From assembly GCA_030613065.1 (NCBI GenBank), contig JAUWMQ010000005.1:1-49207 (forward strand): a stretch of DNA of 49,207 bases. The letters are read 5' to 3'. Each line of letters opens with the position of its first letter. Position 1 is the stretch's first letter. A model generated the notes under the pieces. The model did not search any database. It was not told where the DNA came from and was given only the letters and a program-made list of their open reading frames with translations. The stretch comes from Candidatus Aegiribacteria sp. (lineage in GTDB: Bacteria; Fermentibacterota; Fermentibacteria; Fermentibacterales; JCC-6). Position numbers and translations under genes: made by a program. Below are positions 47,147 through 49,207 of this stretch, piece by piece.

Positions 47147-48208
47147 TCACGGTGGTGCCCTCATCCGTTGCAGCGCGAGAACATGTATGAGCTCCGTACC
47201 ACAATACAGGCAGTTAAGTATTCGCGGTCTCTCAACCAGAAGCAGAACAGGTGGCAGCCCCAGTTGTTCGCGAAGAGCATTCAGTTTTTCCGTACATCGT
47301 TGATGGAGGAATCCGTAGTATCGTACTTTGCAGAAGCCTTTCGGCAGCACATGCTGAAGGAAGCGAGCCATGAACACAAGGACAGGAAGTGTCATCGGCT
47401 TCCAGTCCTTTGTACCAACCGGCTGGTATCGGAACGTGACTTCATTATTTTGGAGAGAGAGAATGCGGCTGTTCGTTATTGCCACACGATAGATATAGCG
47501 TGAGAGATAGCGAATTACTTCAGGTCCCTTTCCCACAGGTTCACAGTGTACAACCCAGTTCTTTTTCCAGACTCCTGCCGGAACAGAGTCATAAAGCCCG
47601 AGAGCTTTTACTCCATCGCGGAATTTACCACGGTAGATGGGTGAGAGTGCCCTGACGGGCAGGAAGAAGTCTTCATAAGGAGTTCTAACCCATTTTCCGC
47701 TCTCATTGATACCGCCACCGGGAACCAGGTAATGAACATGTGTATGATATGAGATATCACGACCCCATGTATGCAGAACGCCGAACATGCCGGGCTGCGC
47801 TCCGAGATGACGGGGATCAGCCGCAAGCTTCTTTAGAGCGTTTGATGAGGCTCGGAACAACAGCCCGTAACAATCCTTCTGATTACTCCTGACGACTTTG
47901 TTCAGCTCATGTGGTAAGGTGAAGGTTATCAGGAAGCACTGGACTTCGGGAATACGAGCTGACTGTTTTTCCACCCACCGTGTCGCATCATCGTTACCGC
48001 ACTTCGGACAGTGTCGGTTACCGCATGAATGGTAGCTGTACTTCTTCTTCCCGCAGGAGGGGCAGCTGTAGAGATTGCCGCCGAGCGCGGGAGTACGGCA
48101 CGCGATGATATCATCTATTGCTCTTCTGTGACTCGGTAGAACCTTATCACCGAACTTTCTGAGATATTCACCCCTGTACTGGCGGAAGATATCCGCCATC
48201 TCGATCAT
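47147..48208 (-). CDS. IS91-family (Y2 HUH) transposase with an N-terminal Zn-binding domain
   Basis: CRT..LGG, CPSC, SCGNRHCPKC, TFTLP, LHTWG, HTHVH (HUH), YLSRY (YxxxY), QHVLP.GF..VRYYG. Confidence 0.93.
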   Translation of the reverse strand: MIEMADIFRQYRGEYLRKFGDKVLPSHRRAIDDIIACRTPALGGNLYSCPSCGKKKYSYHSCGNRHCPKCGNDDATRWVEKQSARIPEVQCFLITFTLPHELNKVVRSNQKDCYGLLFRASSNALKKLAADPRHLGAQPGMFGVLHTWGRDISYHTHVHYLVPGGGINESGKWVRTPYEDFFLPVRALSPIYRGKFRDGVKALGLYDSVPAGVWKKNWVVHCEPVGKGPEVIRYLSRYIYRVAITNSRILSLQNNEVTFRYQPVGTKDWKPMTLPVLVFMARFLQHVLPKGFCKVRYYGFLHQRCTEKLNALREQLGLPPVLLLVERPRILNCLYCGTELIHVLALQRMRAPP

Positions 48209-48219
48209 TGTTCGTCAGA

Positions 48220-49101
48220 TCAGGGAAGTTCATTCATGATTTCATCCAGATTTACTCTGGCTTTTTCTTGAGCAATACCAGTCAGATGCGTGTAAATAGC
48301 TGTAGTTGCCGGGCTGTTGTGACCGAGATTTGTCTGGATTTGTCGCAGGTTAACACCAGCTTCAAGTAAGTGAGTTGCATAGCTGTGGCGCAGCGAATGC
48401 ACCTGTGCCTTTTTACGGATACCACTGGCAAGAAGGGCTTCTTTGAAGGCCATCTGAATAACTGCTATTGAAAATGGCTCATTGATCGGATTGGTTTTGT
48501 TGTAGCTGCCGTGACAGCCCCGGCCAACTCTGGGAAACAGCCATTCCTCATTTCGGTGAATCAACCAGAATTCCCGCAGAAGTTTGAGAGTTCGCTTGGG
48601 TAAGGGCACATAGCGATCCTTACCTCCTTTACCATTGTGTACATGAACTACCATCCGGGCACTGTCTATGTCACAAATCTGTAATCTGGTACCCTCGCCC
48701 ACACGCAATCCAAGGGAGTAGATTGTTTCAAGACACGCCCTGTAACGGAAGAATCTTACATTCTGCATTATGGTAATAACTTCGCCACGAGAAAGAACTA
48801 CCGGCAGCTTGCTCTCCCGTGCAGGCCGAATCAACCCCAGAATTGACCAATCCCGTTTCAATGTCTTTTCCCAGAAGAATTTGATACCGCATATCGCTAT
48901 CGTACAGGTAGCACGAGCCCACTTCTTTTCATTCTTCACATAGAGAAAGTACGCTCGAATCTCTTGCTCATCAATCTTGTCAGGTGATTTACCGTAGTAT
49001 TCAGCAAGCTGCCTAACCGACCGGACATATGATTCCTGTGTTCTTGGATTCAACCCAGCGAGCTGAATATCCTCGATCATTCTCTTCTGCAGTGCTGTCA
49101 T
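48220..49101 (-). CDS. Tyrosine recombinase/integrase with an N-terminal SAM-like domain
   Basis: KLPVVLS, YSLGLRVGE (R), GKGGKDR (K), HSLRHSYATH, LGH, TAIYTH (Y). Confidence 0.93.
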   Translation of the reverse strand: MTALQKRMIEDIQLAGLNPRTQESYVRSVRQLAEYYGKSPDKIDEQEIRAYFLYVKNEKKWARATCTIAICGIKFFWEKTLKRDWSILGLIRPARESKLPVVLSRGEVITIMQNVRFFRYRACLETIYSLGLRVGEGTRLQICDIDSARMVVHVHNGKGGKDRYVPLPKRTLKLLREFWLIHRNEEWLFPRVGRGCHGSYNKTNPINEPFSIAVIQMAFKEALLASGIRKKAQVHSLRHSYATHLLEAGVNLRQIQTNLGHNSPATTAIYTHLTGIAQEKARVNLDEIMNELP

Positions 49102-49207
49102 GACATTCTCCCTATTTTACGGGAGTACTTGATTGCACTCCCTAGAGGAAGTATGCTACAAAGGATGTATGTTGTTTTTATCTGCGCGGTACGCGCTTAG
49201 TTCAACA

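Larger units (their letters stand above)
46849..49207 (-). mobile_element. Tyrosine recombinase + IS91-type transposase element
   Basis: Two-gene module; inverted repeats TGTTGAATTAAGCG (46896-909) / CGCTTAGTTCAACA (49194-207), 13/14 match; attC-like hairpin at 46849-903; the true right end may lie beyond the window. Confidence 0.75.

Noticed and set aside
46929-47503. ORFs 46929-47204 (-) and 47051-47503 (+) as cargo genes
   Set aside because: They overlap the transposase and have no RBS or motifs.
46661-49207. Classical integron (intI + cassette array)
   Set aside because: Only one attC-like site is seen, the recombinase shows no obvious IntI-specific insertion, and it is paired with an IS91-type transposase.
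1-49207. CRISPR arrays, tRNA, rRNA
   Set aside because: No regularly spaced repeats or recognisable structural RNA motifs were seen by eye; a tRNAscan/Infernal run would be needed to exclude them fully.

Overview
Bacterial chromosomal window from a diderm anaerobe. The gene style suggests an FCB-group lineage such as Ca. Fermentibacterota; this is inference and was not checked. In order: the possible 3' end of a transposase; a Zur-regulated znuABC operon; yggS-divIVA; then a ~15 kb, tightly coupled type IX secretion (T9SS)-like operon (PorU-like C25 protease, PorV-like barrel, two metalloproteases with type A C-terminal sorting domains, a SprA-motif large protein and an Omp85/POTRA protein). 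Next come a CHASE-PAS hybrid histidine kinase, an amidohydrolase, an OmpA-domain protein, a lipoprotein and an intact IS110 element whose bridge-RNA guides can be matched by eye to its own ends and target. A MazF-type toxin-antitoxin module follows, bracketed by a 17-bp direct repeat. Then a CASTOR/POLLUX-like channel, fabF plus a FabX/FabK-like flavoprotein, decayed gene remnants, sahR-ahcY, and an NAD-linked formate dehydrogenase operon (REC, NuoE-like, NuoF-like, FdhF, FNT transporter, FdhD, MobA). The window ends with a higB gene broken by a tyrosine-recombinase + IS91-type transposase element that has terminal inverted repeats and an attC-like hairpin. No rRNA, tRNA or CRISPR array was recognised.
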